From the NCBI GenBank assembly GCA_038087875.1, contig CM075990.1, positions 5,830,001 to 5,894,000 on the forward strand: DNA of 64,000 nucleotides, in the 5' to 3' direction. A program made the translations under genes and the position numbers. Positions 12,127-24,655 of the stretch are shown here, piece after piece (positions within the stretch are counted from its first letter, which is position 1; each line of letters starts with the position of its first letter). The notes beneath the pieces are model-generated. The model saw nothing but the letters and a program-made list of their open reading frames with translations. It was not told the origin of the DNA and ran no database searches. This DNA is from Malacoraja senta. Taxonomy: Eukaryota.

Positions 12127-14740
12127 GGCTTGGTTTTTGCTCTGACATGCACTGTTAACTGAGGGACCTTATATAGACGGGTGTGTACCTTTCCAAATTA
12201 TGTACAATCAATTTAATTTCCCACTGGTGGAATCCAATCAAGTTGTAGAAACATCTCAAGGATAATCAATGGAAGTAGGATGCACCTAAGGTCAATTTTG
12301 AGTGTCATAGCAAAGGGTTGGAATACTTATGTAAATGTGATATTTCAGTTATTTATTTTCAATTACTTTGCAACAATTTCTAAACACCTGTTTTCGCTTC
12401 TTCATTCTAGGGTATTGTGTGTAGATTAATGATTAAAAAGAATGAAGTTAATCCATATTAGAATAAGGCTGTAACATAACAAAATGTGGAGAAAGTGAAG
12501 GGGTCTGAATACTTGCTGAATGCACTGTATTTATTTCTGCTGACTGGATACCACGCAACAAAAGCTCATCGCTGTACATCGCTACATGTGACAATAAACT
12601 TAACTAAACAGTCACCAAAATTAATTCACAAAGTGGAAGATGGACACACTTTAATCATTTTTCCCCCCAAAAGCTGAGAATATTTAAATGTTTGAGGATG
12701 TAGTGCTCATCTTACTAATACCAATTATTTTTTAAAGAATGTGGCATCTATAATTAATAATAAGATCTGATTTGTTGAACTTGGGTTTTTGTCCCCAAAT
12801 GCTCTCACTAACTTCTACATATGCGCCGTAGAAAGCTTTTTGTCAGGGTTCATCACAGCATGATTTAGTAACAGCTCCATCCAAGACCACAAGAAATTGC
12901 AGAGAATTCTGGTTGCAGCCCAGACCATCACACAAATACTTGGGTATACTAAAGGTATACTTGCATACTAAAGGACAAGTTACATACTGTTGTGCTCAAG
13001 CAAAGCAAGAATTTCATTGTCCTACCAGGGACACATGACAATAAACTCACTTGACTTGACCCTAATTGTTTTGCTCCACACCTCAAGTTCAGTCCTGTGG
13101 TTATGAGAACAATTAAAAGCATTATTTGTTGGCGTTGGTTAAGAGCACAGCTAGAGTATTTGGCTATGGAAGATATCACACAAGCCTGACTCTATTCTTA
13201 CCTAATGTTTATATGTATGCACTGAATAGTACCGGTTTGTAAAACGTAGGGACACGGAAATAAATGTCAACACCACACTGCTGGTCCAGTGTAGATTGGA
13301 AGAGGCTGTGGATTGAAGCTGGGAGAATGCCCCTCAGTAAAACCTATTCAGCAACCAAAATGTTCATGCATTTTCGGATTAATTTTAGAAACTCCATTTC
13401 CTGGGATTTCTGGCAGACGATATCCCTAACTCCACCCTTTTCTTTCCAATAGTGCATTAATTGAGGACTCGTGCAATTATTGGAATAAGCATTCCAATAA
13501 TGCTTTAATTAATTATGTACAAATCCAGAAATAATGGATCTTTTTAGCTGATTATTGAAATTTTGTTTTATATCAAAAGTCACCTTAACACATTGTTAGT
13601 TGGGAAATTAACGTTATGGCATTTTTGTCCGTGAGGCTAAATGAGAACAGATTCAAGAAATTGACATTTTAATTTTTACTGGTAAGATACTTAATATGTA
13701 GATCTTTCTTCGTAACAATATTAAATATAATACGAATAGCAATCTACGTATGGACATTGAAAAAGCAAACTAACAATGGCAGGCTTATTTTTCTTTTTGG
13801 GCCCTATGGTACAGTGAATAATCTCCTTTACCAGAAATAAACTTTGATCCGAAGAGCTTTACATTTTACCAGTGAGTTTGCACACAATTTGGTGAAAGAT
13901 TCTCAATCCAATATGAGCATGTTTCTATATTTAAGGAGACTGGAATATTATTCTTAACTATATTTCACATTTTCAGAATGCAATCCCAGGAATGTTACCT
14001 TTCATATAGGCTACTTGGTGAAGCTGCCTTGGCAGATAATTCAATACCATTGAGTGCAGATTAGTAATGATTGAGTGCAGATTATCAAGTAATGAGAAAT
14101 TTTAAAAAGCTTTCTCTTTTGATAGATGCAGTACAACTAAATGTGATGCTTTTCTGGAGACTCCTCATTGCCAAGCGATTGATCCGTGCCTTGGTACCAG
14201 TCTGTGAATAAGCCTTCTCAATGTTAGCTTTGTCCTTTGCTGATGTCAGAACTGGAATATTTATCTTTTCACAACAAGTCAGTTTGTTGTTCTATATCAG
14301 CAGCCTCTCACGTCTTTCTTCAGCTATTGAACCACATCCAGTGTCAACACATTCATTCTGTATGAAGCTGTTAAAGCACAAGAAGTGTTTTCACAGATTA
14401 AGGCAATATTTCTTTTGATTAAACAAGGTTACTATATGCATTGCTAAGGGAGAAAGGTTTCACCATTCAGAGTTGAGGAAAGATTTGCTTTTTTTAATCT
14501 GACTGCTCAAGATGTTTGCTTAGCCAGGGCCTAAACCAAATAGACTTTAAATTTAAGCTCCGAGGTCTGTCACCTTAAAGTGCAATAAAATTATCACATT
14601 GCTCTTCATGTAAGAACTAAAGTAGTAAATTTATATCTATCATCTCATCTCACAAAATGAAAGCTAAGCTAATATCTCAGAGCAATTTGCAATTTTCATG
14701 TTAATTGTGCACAGTTGAAGCACAACATGTTCCCCCCAAT

Positions 14741-15360
14741 GGGTTGCATGGGGTTGCAGTAAATAGAACTGCTGCCTCAGAAATCCAGTAACCCTTGCCC
14801 AATTCTGACCTTTGAGTTGTCTCTGGAATTTACAGAGTTGCTTCCTTACAGCGCTTGCAGTGCCGGAGAACAGCATTCGATCCCGACTGCGGGTTCTGTC
14901 TGTACGGATGTTGTATGTTCTCCCGGAGACTATGTGGGCTTTCTCCGAGACCGTCAGTTTCCTCCCACACTCCAAAGACGTACCTGTAGGTTTGTAGGTT
15001 AATTGGCTTTGTATAAGTGCAAATAATTGTCCCTAGTGTGTGTAGGATAGGGTTAATGTGCAGGGATCGCTGGTCAGTGTGGACTCGGTGGGACGCAGGG
15101 CATGTTTCTGCGCTCTATATCTAAACTAAACTAAACTAAACTCTCTGCGTGCGTTTATGAGTATTCTGGTTTCTTCCCACATCCCAAAGATGTGTGGATT
15201 GGTCAGTTAATTGACCATTTAAAATTATTCATTGTATGTAGATGAGTGATAGAATCTGTTTTGAGACACATATGGAAAATAAAACAGGTTTACTCCAGCA
15301 AATGGGTGCTAGATAGTTGTCATGGACTTAGTGTGTCATGGACATAGGGCCTGCATCACA
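14741..15360 (+). mobile_element. Younger V-SINE (14834-15141, (CTAAA)n tail) nested in an older V-SINE
   Basis: Two V-domain cores (gtttcctcccacactccaaagac at ~14957; gtttcttcccacatcccaaagat at ~15169); tRNA-like 5' region present twice. Confidence 0.65.
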
Positions 15361-15529
15361 TTAATCTCTCACTATTGCTAATGTAAGCTATCAAATAAAA
15401 TGGACTTTTAGTGTTTATTTAATTAGTGAATATCAAGTCCTTATTGTACCAACATATAACAGATTTGTTGCTATAATGCCATCTACAAACTTACATATCA
15501 AAATGGCCTAGAATATCTAATACATACTA

Positions 15530-16200
15530 GGGGTAAATATCACCAGCAACTTGTCCTGGACCTGCCATATTGAAGAAATTGCCAAGAAAACACACCAAAG
15601 CCTTTACTTTCTTAGAGGCTTAGGAAGTTTGGCATGTCCCCAACAACTCTCACCAACTTCTACAGATGCGCTGTAGAAAGCATTTTATCGGGATGCATCA
15701 CATCATGGTTTGGGATCAGCTCCATCCAAGACCACAAGAAATGTGGAGAATTGTGGATGCAGCTCACAAACCAACCTCCCTTCCATTGACTCTATCTGCA
15801 TCATGCTGCCTCGGCAAGGCGACCAGCATAATCAAGGATGAGTCGCCCCGGACACTCCCTCTTCTCCCCTCTACCATCAGGCAAGAGGTACAGAAATGTG
15901 AAAGTGCATACCTCCAGATTCAGGGACAATTTTTTCCCAGCTGTTATCAGGCAACTCAACCATCACATCGCCAACGGGAGCGCAGTCCTGAACTAGAATC
16001 TACCTCACTGAAGACCCTCAGACTATCGTTAACCGGACTGGGTTACCGGATTTAATCTTGCACCAAATATAATTCCTTTAATCACGTATATCTGTACACT
16101 GAGGCTGACTTGATTGTAATCATGTATAGTCTTTCCAATGACTGGATAAAATGCAGCAAAAAAAGGTTCTTCTCTCTGTACCTCGGTGATAATAAACTAA
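15530..16200 (+). mobile_element. 5'-truncated decayed Rex1-type LINE (RT C-terminus and 3' UTR)
   Basis: Nucleotide and peptide similarity to the C-terminal part of 22090-22550 (SIIKD, LPS.R.Y, FFP.V); ends in AATAAACTAA. Confidence 0.7.
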
Positions 16201-17856
16201 GTTATATCTACATTGAAGCAAATGTGTTAGATGAGTGGGGCAGCTGGGCTGCTATGTTTATTTGATTGTGGTCTCATCCTTGAAAACTGTAATGCAGGGC
16301 TTTCATGTGCGGCAGAAGCTAGAGGAGAGGTGCCTAGGCAGGGCAGACATGACGAACAATTCTAGTGTTGGAATGACTGAAGCCCACAGACCCTGTCCCT
16401 TGAATAAAATGTGTGTTGAGTTTGTACCACCAACAATCTAACAAAGCACATATGCTGGCACGAAGGAAACAGCTCTGTAACCCGAATTCAACATTCAGAG
16501 CAGGTACATGCTTAGAAAAGCAGGACATTCAAAACAATCATGGCTGGTCCTTCAGCTTCTCATTCTTTTCCCATACTCCTTGTCATTTGTGTGGAGACAT
16601 CCATGTAACTCCTTGCCGGCTTGACCTGCACAGCTTTCTATGGCAGATATTCTGAGTGAGGAAGTTTCCTCTCATCTCCAAGCTAAATGCCCTACTCTAT
16701 ATCCTGAGACTGAGACACCTCTGTTCCTCCGTCTGACCTGAAACGTCACCAATCCTTGTTCCCCAGAGATGCTGCCTGACCTGTTGAGTTACTCCCACAC
16801 TTTGTCCTATTTTTTGTAAACCAGCATCTGCAGTTCCTTGTTTCTCCAGAAGCACCTTCCTTTTTAATCTATTCTTTCAGAATTTGTGTCTGTTTCAATA
16901 CGATCTCCCCTCTTTGTTCTAGAACTAGTGAATACAGGCTAGTTGATCTAATCTTTCTTAATGACAGTTGCAACATCATTAAAAAAACCTACAAATGCTA
17001 TAAATCGAGCAAATGTCTCAGCAATTCATCTGATGAGTCTTTAGCACACCTCTTCTATGCAAATATATATTTTCGTGGGTAAGGAGACCAAAGCTACAGC
17101 AGTACTATCCAGCACAATTGTAGTTAGGCAATCTTTCCTTTGCACTCAAAACGTCTTGCAATGAAAAGCAAGCTACTTTCCTCCTTTACAGCTTGCATGA
17201 CCTGCGCCTTTGATTCTGACTGGTGCACAAGGATATCTATATCCCCAGTCTGTCTCGTGAATAATATTCTGCCTTTCTGTCTTACAACAATTAATAAGGA
17301 GCTTATGATTTCTGATCTCTTAGTCTGACTGGATGAGATGCCTAGCATTTCAATGTGCAGCGCATCAAACTTCTCATCTATGAATAGCTATCTTCGTCTG
17401 TATTAATCATCCAGCAACTAATTTGTGTCGTTGCTGTTTGAGGAGCTGGCACTCAAACATCCTTGGTCCTCTGCTATGATTTTAGCCTGACAGAACCAAT
17501 GAAATATTTGGTTTTAGCCATTACAATATGTGCGCTTCCTGTACCACGTATATTTGTCATTGTGCTCTTTCTATGTGGCTAGATGAAGGAGAGTGATGTT
17601 GAGGAGGGACACTGGTAGGTGTTTCCTCTGTGTTTGAAATGGTAAAGGTGAAGGCACAATGATGTTAGTAGCAAGAGGAGGGCCAGTTTGAGTTATATTA
17701 ATTATTCTGAATCTCTTCCATTCAGCATTGTTATCATATTACACAGTACAATGGAGCCTTGTCTTCCACAAAATCCTGCCTTAGGCGATGATGGAAATGG
17801 ACTGATGCCATCTCAAATGATAAATTGGTGGGGGAAAAGCCAAGACTTTTACACAT

Positions 17857-18053
17857 AAATGCTGGAGTAACTCAGCGGAACAGGCATCAAACCTGGATAG
17901 AAGGAATGGGTGATGATTTGGGTCGAGACCCGAGTGCCTGGACCCGAAATGTCACGCATTCCTTCTATCCGGAGATACTGCCTGTCCCGTTGAGTTACTC
18001 CAGCATTTTGCGTCTATCTTCGGTTTAAACCAGCATCTGCTGTTCCTTCCTAC
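17857..18053. mobile_element. Palindromic Penelope-derived short element
   Basis: Inverted arms; 14 bp TSD AGACTTTTA(C/T)ACAT at 17843-17856 and 18054-18067. Confidence 0.8.
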
Positions 18054-19393
18054 AGACTTTTATACATTCAGGCTCTTAGATCTGCAGGTTGGCAAGCGGT
18101 ATCCTTTTGAAGTTGGCCAGTTTATTCAATACTAATGCTAGCAAAACTGTATTTGCTATGAAGAACGTTACCCGCTGAGCATATGTGTGCATCCTTCCTT
18201 CTCAGCCATTCCAAATGGTGTTTACCACGAAGAAATACCAATTGACCAGCTGATGGAAGGCAAGAAGTTGTAATTTGCTCCAGTGTCCTGAATTTCCATG
18301 GGTCTGTAGTCAATGTTACAGATAACCAAACCACTTCTTCCTGTTAATTCTTGCATGTCTAGTGGATCTGTCCAATGAATGGGATAAGATGATTTCTATG
18401 ATTATGATAGAGGAGCCTAGAATGATGGCATGCGAGTTATCATTTCATAGATATGATTATAAATCTGTTCGTTACTGAGTTTTGGGGGAAATATTCCCAA
18501 CTGAGGCATGTCCATAGATATTTGTTGAATTGGCTGAGTATATTGGCAAATACTTTGTTCACATCAGTGATGGATGGCTGATGGATGGCTTTAAATGAAC
18601 TTGGTTTTGCAGGGTACATCAGAAGACAGTTTAGTATCAACCACATTTTTGTTGAATGAATCATTTATCGAAGAGACCAAGAAAGAGCAGCTTAGTTTTT
18701 TTTTCCTGAAGATGGGCTTTTTGCAACAGTCCAGTGCTTTAATCGTGATCATTTTTCCAGCTGCTGTACTAGTTACGTGGGTCTAGGTCTCTGCAGTCCA
18801 AGGAGATCACCATCGTTCATGGTGAATAGTTTCTCGCCTTCTTTAAGTTCATGGACTACAATTTTAATTTATTTGCCTCCAATGGTGACTGGGCATTGTC
18901 CATTAAAAGCAATCTGATATGAACACTACAATGAATGTTTTAATTGCAAGTTCCAAGAACATAAATCAAGAAAACAATATAGGGATGAAGAGAATTGTGT
19001 AAAATATTGTGTTAGAAAATGCAAACATCATTTTTTATGTATCTCCAAAACATTAAAGCCTAGAAATTGGAACCATTGGATCTCCTCTGTATGCACCTTC
19101 AATCATCGCCAGATAAAATCATTGTGAAACTGGTCTGGAGAAAGATGTGGTCGTTGGAAACATTTGATGCAGCTTTCATCAGAAACTGCAGGCATTCCTT
19201 TATAGTGCATGATTCTGGGCGTAAATCATATGTTTCTACATATTTAAATATGATTATGATTATGATTTTTAATTGGTTAAAGAGAAAAATAATCAGCTGG
19301 GAGCTGTAAGACAAAGGATGAAATGCATACCTGACTCACCCAGCAGAAGCTTGTTTATATCTAATTTAATACTGTTTGGTTTTCTTGTTTCAG

Positions 19394-19477
19394 GTTGATG
19401 AAATCTACCATGATGAATCGTTAGGTACGCACATCAACATAGTTTTGGTCAGGGTGATTATGGTAGGCTACAGACAG
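19394..19477 (+). CDS. ADAMTS14: ADAMTS14 exon (~5), catalytic domain [28 protein letters not shown]
   Basis: tttcag|GTTGAT ... AGACAG|gtgagt; 84 nt, phase 0-0. Confidence 0.95.
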
Positions 19478-19633
19478 GTGAGTCAGCGACATCTCAAAAT
19501 GTTATTTATTTATTTTTCTCAAGCAATTACACAATGTCAATGGGAATCTAATGAGTTATAGATGATTTAGCGCATCTTGTAGGAGCTGTATCATATAATC
19601 ACCTACTGTATAATACTGTATAATAAGATACAT

Positions 19634-22600
19634 AAGATGGTGGCGTGACCGATGTTTGCGACGGCCTCTCTCAGTGGAAATGCAGTGCTTTCGTGTGATA
19701 TTGGAGCGAGTGGTGTGATTGCAAAGTGTGTGGAAGGAAAGTATAGATATGTGCGACAGTATGAACGACAGTTTCTGTTGGATATCCGAAACAAAGTTTC
19801 TTGTTACGACAAACACTTGCTGAGCCTACTGGGCGAGCTTGGACTTCTACGACGTATAGGCCCAAGGAAGGCTGCGACTGCACCTGGAGCAACCCTGGTG
19901 AGGAATCACCGTAAGCGGTGTGACAGGATGCGGAAGCGGGGCAAGTGCGGAGGAGTCCACGCTAGGCTAATCGCTAATCCACACAAACCAGCAGTGCCTA
20001 CACTCATGTTGGCAAATGTCCGCTGCCTCGACAACAAGATGGATTACATCGGAGTGTGGAGAGCTTCTCAACGTAGCGTGAGGAACTGCTGTGTCTATGT
20101 TTTCATGGAGACCTGGCTGAACCAGAACATCACAGACGCTGCGATCCAGTTGGAGGGGCTAATGCTACACAGAGCTGACAGAGTAGCTTCGCTAGCCAGT
20201 AAGCTAAGGGGAGGTGACCTGGCTGTGTACATCAACAGATTGTGGTGCCGGGATGCTGTGGTGGTTTCCACTCACTGCTCACCCCACGTAGAGCTAATGA
20301 CTGAAATGCCGACCCTTCTACTTGCCGAGGGAGCTGACGGCAGTCTTCATAACGGCCGTTTATGTACCACCGAGCGCGGGCGTGAAGGAAGCTATGACAG
20401 AACTCTACAACAACATCAGTGAGCAGCAGAGGGAGCATCCAGATGCTTTCTTCATGGCAGCTGGGGATTTCAACCAGGCAAGTCTCACATCTGCTCTGCC
20501 TAAATTCTACCAGCATGTGAATATTGCAACCAGGGGAAAGAACACACTAGACCTGGTGTACACAAACATCAAAGATTCATATAAAGTAGCCCCCCTCCCC
20601 CATATCGGCAACTCTGACCACCTGGCGGTTATGCTCACACCTGCATACAGACCCAGGGTGAAACAGGGCAGGCCAATGGTTAGAGAAGTCAGAATGTGGC
20701 CACAGGAAGCTACCGCAGCACTGCAAGACACAGTGGGTCATTTTCAGAGAGGCAGTAACATGTGACAGCGGCACTGACCTTCAGGAATATGCAGAGTCTG
20801 TCATTGGCTACATTAATAAATGCATTGATGATGTGACTGAGGTTAAAACCATCAAGAGGTGTGCCAATCAGAAACCTTGGCTAACTGGGGAAGTTTGTTC
20901 TCTGCTGAGAGTCCGAAATGCTGCATTTAAATCTGGGGACAACGCAGCATACAAACTGGCATGGAGAAATCTGTCCCGGGGGATCAGGAAAGCGAAGAGG
21001 CTGTGTGCATAAAACTAAACAGCCACTTCACCAACGACAAAGACACACGTCGCTTGTGGCAGGAATTTCATACCATCACTGACTACAAGCCCCCCCCCCC
21101 CCCCCCACTGCAGATATGCCAAAATGACCCCTCTCTACCAGATGAACTAAACGATTTGTATGCACATTTTGAGGCAAAAACACCACTCAGACACAAGCAC
21201 TCCTGTCATCGTCCAGCGACAATCCACGCAAAGCTGCACGACCGGACAACATCCCTGGACGCATTTTAAAGGACTGCGCAGAGCAACTGAAAGATGTTTT
21301 TGTAGACATTTTTAACATCTCACTCAGCCAGGCAGTAGTGCCCAACTGCCTCAAAAGTGCCATCATCGTTCCCGTCCCGAAGAAGCCCAACCCAGCCTGT
21401 CTCAATGACTTCCGCCCTGTGGCATACACACCCATATTAATGAAGTGTTTTGAGCGGCTGGTCATGCAGCACATCAAAAACTGTCTCCCTGCCAACCTGG
21501 ACCCACTACAGTTCGCTTACAGAACCAACCGGTCCACAGAGGACACTACACTCCACCTCGCGCTGTCACACCTTGAGCAGAAGAACACCTACGCCAGGAT
21601 CCTCTTCATAGATTTCAGCTCAGCTTTTAACACAATCATTCCACAGCAGCTGGTGGAAAAGCTGAAGCTGTTGAAGGTGGACACTGGCACCTGCAATTGG
21701 GTCCTTAACTTTTTGACGCAGTGGCAGCAGACTGTCAGGGTGGGCAGCCATATATCAAGAACCATCGCAGTGAGCACTGGCTCACCCCAAGGATGTGTCC
21801 TGAGCCCCCTGCTGTTCAGTCTGCTTACCCATGACTGCACTGCCAGACTCAGCAACAATTACATCATCAAGTTCGCTGACGACACAACAGTGGTGGGTCT
21901 CATCAGTGATAATAATGAGTTGGCATACAGGATGGAGGTGGAGCTGCGTGCAGGGTGGTGTAGATCTCACAACCTCACCCTCAACGTGGACAAGACGAAG
22001 GAGATGGTGATTGATTTCAGGAGGGCTGGCAAACACCATTATACACCGCTGCACATTGATGGTACTGCTGTGGAGAGGGTCAGCAGCCTGAAGTTCCTGG
22101 GAGTTCACCTAGCGAACGACCTGACCTCAACGACCAACACCACAGCAGCCATCAAAAGAGCGCAGCAGCGGCTCCACCTCCCTCAGGAGACTCAGAAACG
22201 CAGGTCTCCCCACTGTTCACCTTACCACCTTTTACAGGGGTACCATTGAAAGCATACTGACCTACGGCATCACTTCCTGGTTTGGGAGCTGCAAGGCTTA
22301 CGAACAAAGACAGCTAAACAGGATAGTGAAGACAGCCAGTAGGATCATTGGTGGCCCCCTCCCTTTCCTGTTGGAGATTTACCAGAAACGCTGCATCCGC
22401 AGAGCCATCTCCATCATTAAGGACCCTTACCACCCCTCCCACTACATCTTCTCCCTCCTGCCATCTGGGAAGAGGTACAGGAGTATCAGCTGCAGAACCA
22501 GCAGGATGCTAAACAGCTTCTTCCCACAAGCAATAAAAATGGTTAACGGACTGTGTCCCCTCCCCTCCCCATACACACACATCCTCATATCTAACCCCCC

Positions 22601-22866
22601 CCCCCCCCCCAACACCTTGACAACTAGTCACCTGTCAAGGTGAAGCCACTGAACAGCACTTTAAATTTTTCCTATGTTAGGGATCGATTGTTCTGTTTGA
22701 ATGTCTGTTTTAGTTCTATTTTAGAGATGATAATTTTTAACTAAGTATTTATTTCAGTTTTTATTAATTGCACTGATGACAAAAACTAATGAGTAACAAT
22801 GTTTTCATTTCTTCTGTGTATGCAAGTACTCAGTGAAATGACAATAAAGTGAATACTTGAATACTT
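19634..22866 (+). mobile_element. Rex1/Babar-type non-LTR retrotransposon, near full length, frameshifted
   Basis: AP endonuclease motifs (ANVR.LDNK, ETWL, AGDFN, LDLVY, SDH) and RT motifs ([52 protein letters not shown]) across several frames; 5' AAGATGG start; AATAAA and (GAATACTT)n tail. Confidence 0.9.
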
Positions 22867-23029
22867 CTAATTAGTGAATGACAAGAATTTTCTTCGTCAA
22901 AAGAATAGTAATGATTTACAATGCTCTATGACAATAGAAACCTTGAATGTGATCGACATTTTCAGGGATGACCCCATGACCACTGTGGTGACCATCAAGT
23001 AACAATGATGGTTTTCTGCCTGCTTTCGC

Positions 23030-23640
23030 TCCCCCTTCCATCAGACGGAACAAGCACCGAGCTTCTCTGATCCTCATCTTTCACCCCATCAGCCTCCACA
23101 CCTAACGCATTATTCTCTGGCGTTTCCACCGCCACCATTAATGTAATTCCACCATGAATCCCATCTTCCCGTCCCAATCCCTTTCTGTCATGGAGATCAC
23201 CTTCTTCGCAACTCCTTGGTTCGTTCATCCCTTCCCACCCAATCCGCACACTTCACTTCACATTCCCTTACGACCCCCCTGCCCTTCGCCTGCTGCATTG
23301 CTGGAGAAAGACCACATACAAATTGGAAGGACAGCACCTCATCTTCCTCTTGGTTAGCCTACCCGACAGCATTAACATTGAATTCCCCAATTTCAAGTAA
23401 TATCCCCAATCACCTCTCTCTATCCTCTGCCTCTTCCCCTACACCAGAGCACGCACATTTCTCCAACACACGTCACCCTGCTCCTTTGCCGTCCTTTGTA
23501 TGTTCATCATCCACTGTCCCCCCATTTCCGTCTTTACCCTCTCCTTTGTCCCCTTCCACCCATATTCCTCCCTCCGGCTTCACATTTTGTATTTCACTCT
23601 TTATATCCTTATCAGCCATCCTTTTATCTCCTTTTTACTT
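23030..23640 (+). mobile_element. Decayed Penelope-like fragment
   Basis: Colinear with the 49052..49747 ORF (LxFHP, ILxxF, LRNSLVxSSLPT, KLE.QHLIF.LG). Confidence 0.65.
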
Positions 23641-23654
23641 CCAATGTAAAGAAG

Positions 23655-24655
23655 GTATATGGTATGCTCGTCTTAATTGGCGGGGGCATTAAGTAACATA
23701 GTGATAGGGATGTTACGCTGCAGGTTTATAGGATTTTGGTTAAGCCACAATTGGAGTATTATGTGCAGTTCTGGTCACCCCATTACAAGAAGGGTGCACA
23801 AGAGGTTGACCAGAATGCTGCCTGAATTAGAGCTACAAGGAAAGATTGGGCAAACTTGGATTATTTTCTCTGGAGCATCAGGGCGGAGGGAAGACCTGTT
23901 AGAAGTATATTAATTTTTGAGAGGCATTGCTAGTCAGAACCTTTTTCCCCGGGGTGGAAATGTCAAAGACTAGAGAGCATAGCTGTAAGGTGAGAGGGGC
24001 AAAGTTTAAAGGGGATGTGCACGACAAGTTTTTTTTCACAGAGATTGTTGGCTTCCAGGAGTGATGGCGGAGGCAGATGAGGGGCACATGAGTGGCAAGG
24101 GTGTTTTGCTTAAAGATGAGTAGGAATACGACTGAATCTAATATCAAGTATCAAGTCAAGTATCCTTTATTGTCATTCAGACTTTTCAGTTTGAACGAAA
24201 TTTCGTGCCTTGCAGTCATAACATAGAATAAAATAACAAAACACACAATAAACACAGATTTAACATCCACCACAGTGAGTCCTCCAGGCCCTCCTCACTG
24301 TGATGGAGGCAAAAGTCTTAAAGTCCTTGTCTCTTCCCTCCTTGTTGTTAAATTGTTAAATTCTTGTTAATAAATTAGTATTCATTAATACTAATGAATG
24401 TATAGCCAATGCGAATGTCCGAAGAGATTTTGCACAGTTTTTGTTTTGTATATTTTTTGTTCTGAATAAAGTTTATTTTTAATGCAAAATAAAAAGGATG
24501 CAGATATAATAATGACATTTAGGAAGCTTTTAGATAGGCACATTGATATGCAGGAAATGGATGGATATGGATCATGTGTAGACTGATTAATTCCACTTGG
24601 CATCATTTACAGCAAGACGTTGAAGCCTGTTGCTGCTCTGTATTGTTCTATATTC
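23655..24655 (+). mobile_element. Decayed CR1/HER1-type LINE 3' end, interrupted by younger insertions at ~24080-24495
   Basis: ccacaattggagtatt…tgcagttctggtcacc, ttttttcacacagaga-like segment and 3' UTR …ctgtattgttctatattct. Confidence 0.65.

Larger units (their letters stand above)
10754..12527 (-). mobile_element. Tc1/mariner DNA transposon (DD34E, IR/DR type), full length, inactivated
   Basis: TA|CAGTGCATTCAG ... CTGAATGCACTG|TA; ~215 bp TIRs (10754-10968, 12312-12527) with inner direct repeats; transposase fragments with HTH, GRxxKL, WS(G)ETK, QQDND and NPVEHLW. Confidence 0.95.
10588..12609 (+). mobile_element. Rex1-type LINE 3' UTR fragment split by the Tc1 element (10588-10753 and 12528-12609)
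   Basis: The two flanks join into a sequence colinear with the 3' end of the LINE fragment at 15940-16200 (…ctgtacactg…ttgtaa(c/t)catgta…gactggata…aataaact). Confidence 0.75.

Noticed and set aside
1..19393. Possible upstream ADAMTS14 exon (…LTLMNI) or a nested gene in the long first intron
   Set aside because: I found no matching peptide with splice sites; candidate segments near 7320-7470 and 18205-18260 gave no recognisable product. A nested gene cannot be excluded without transcript data.
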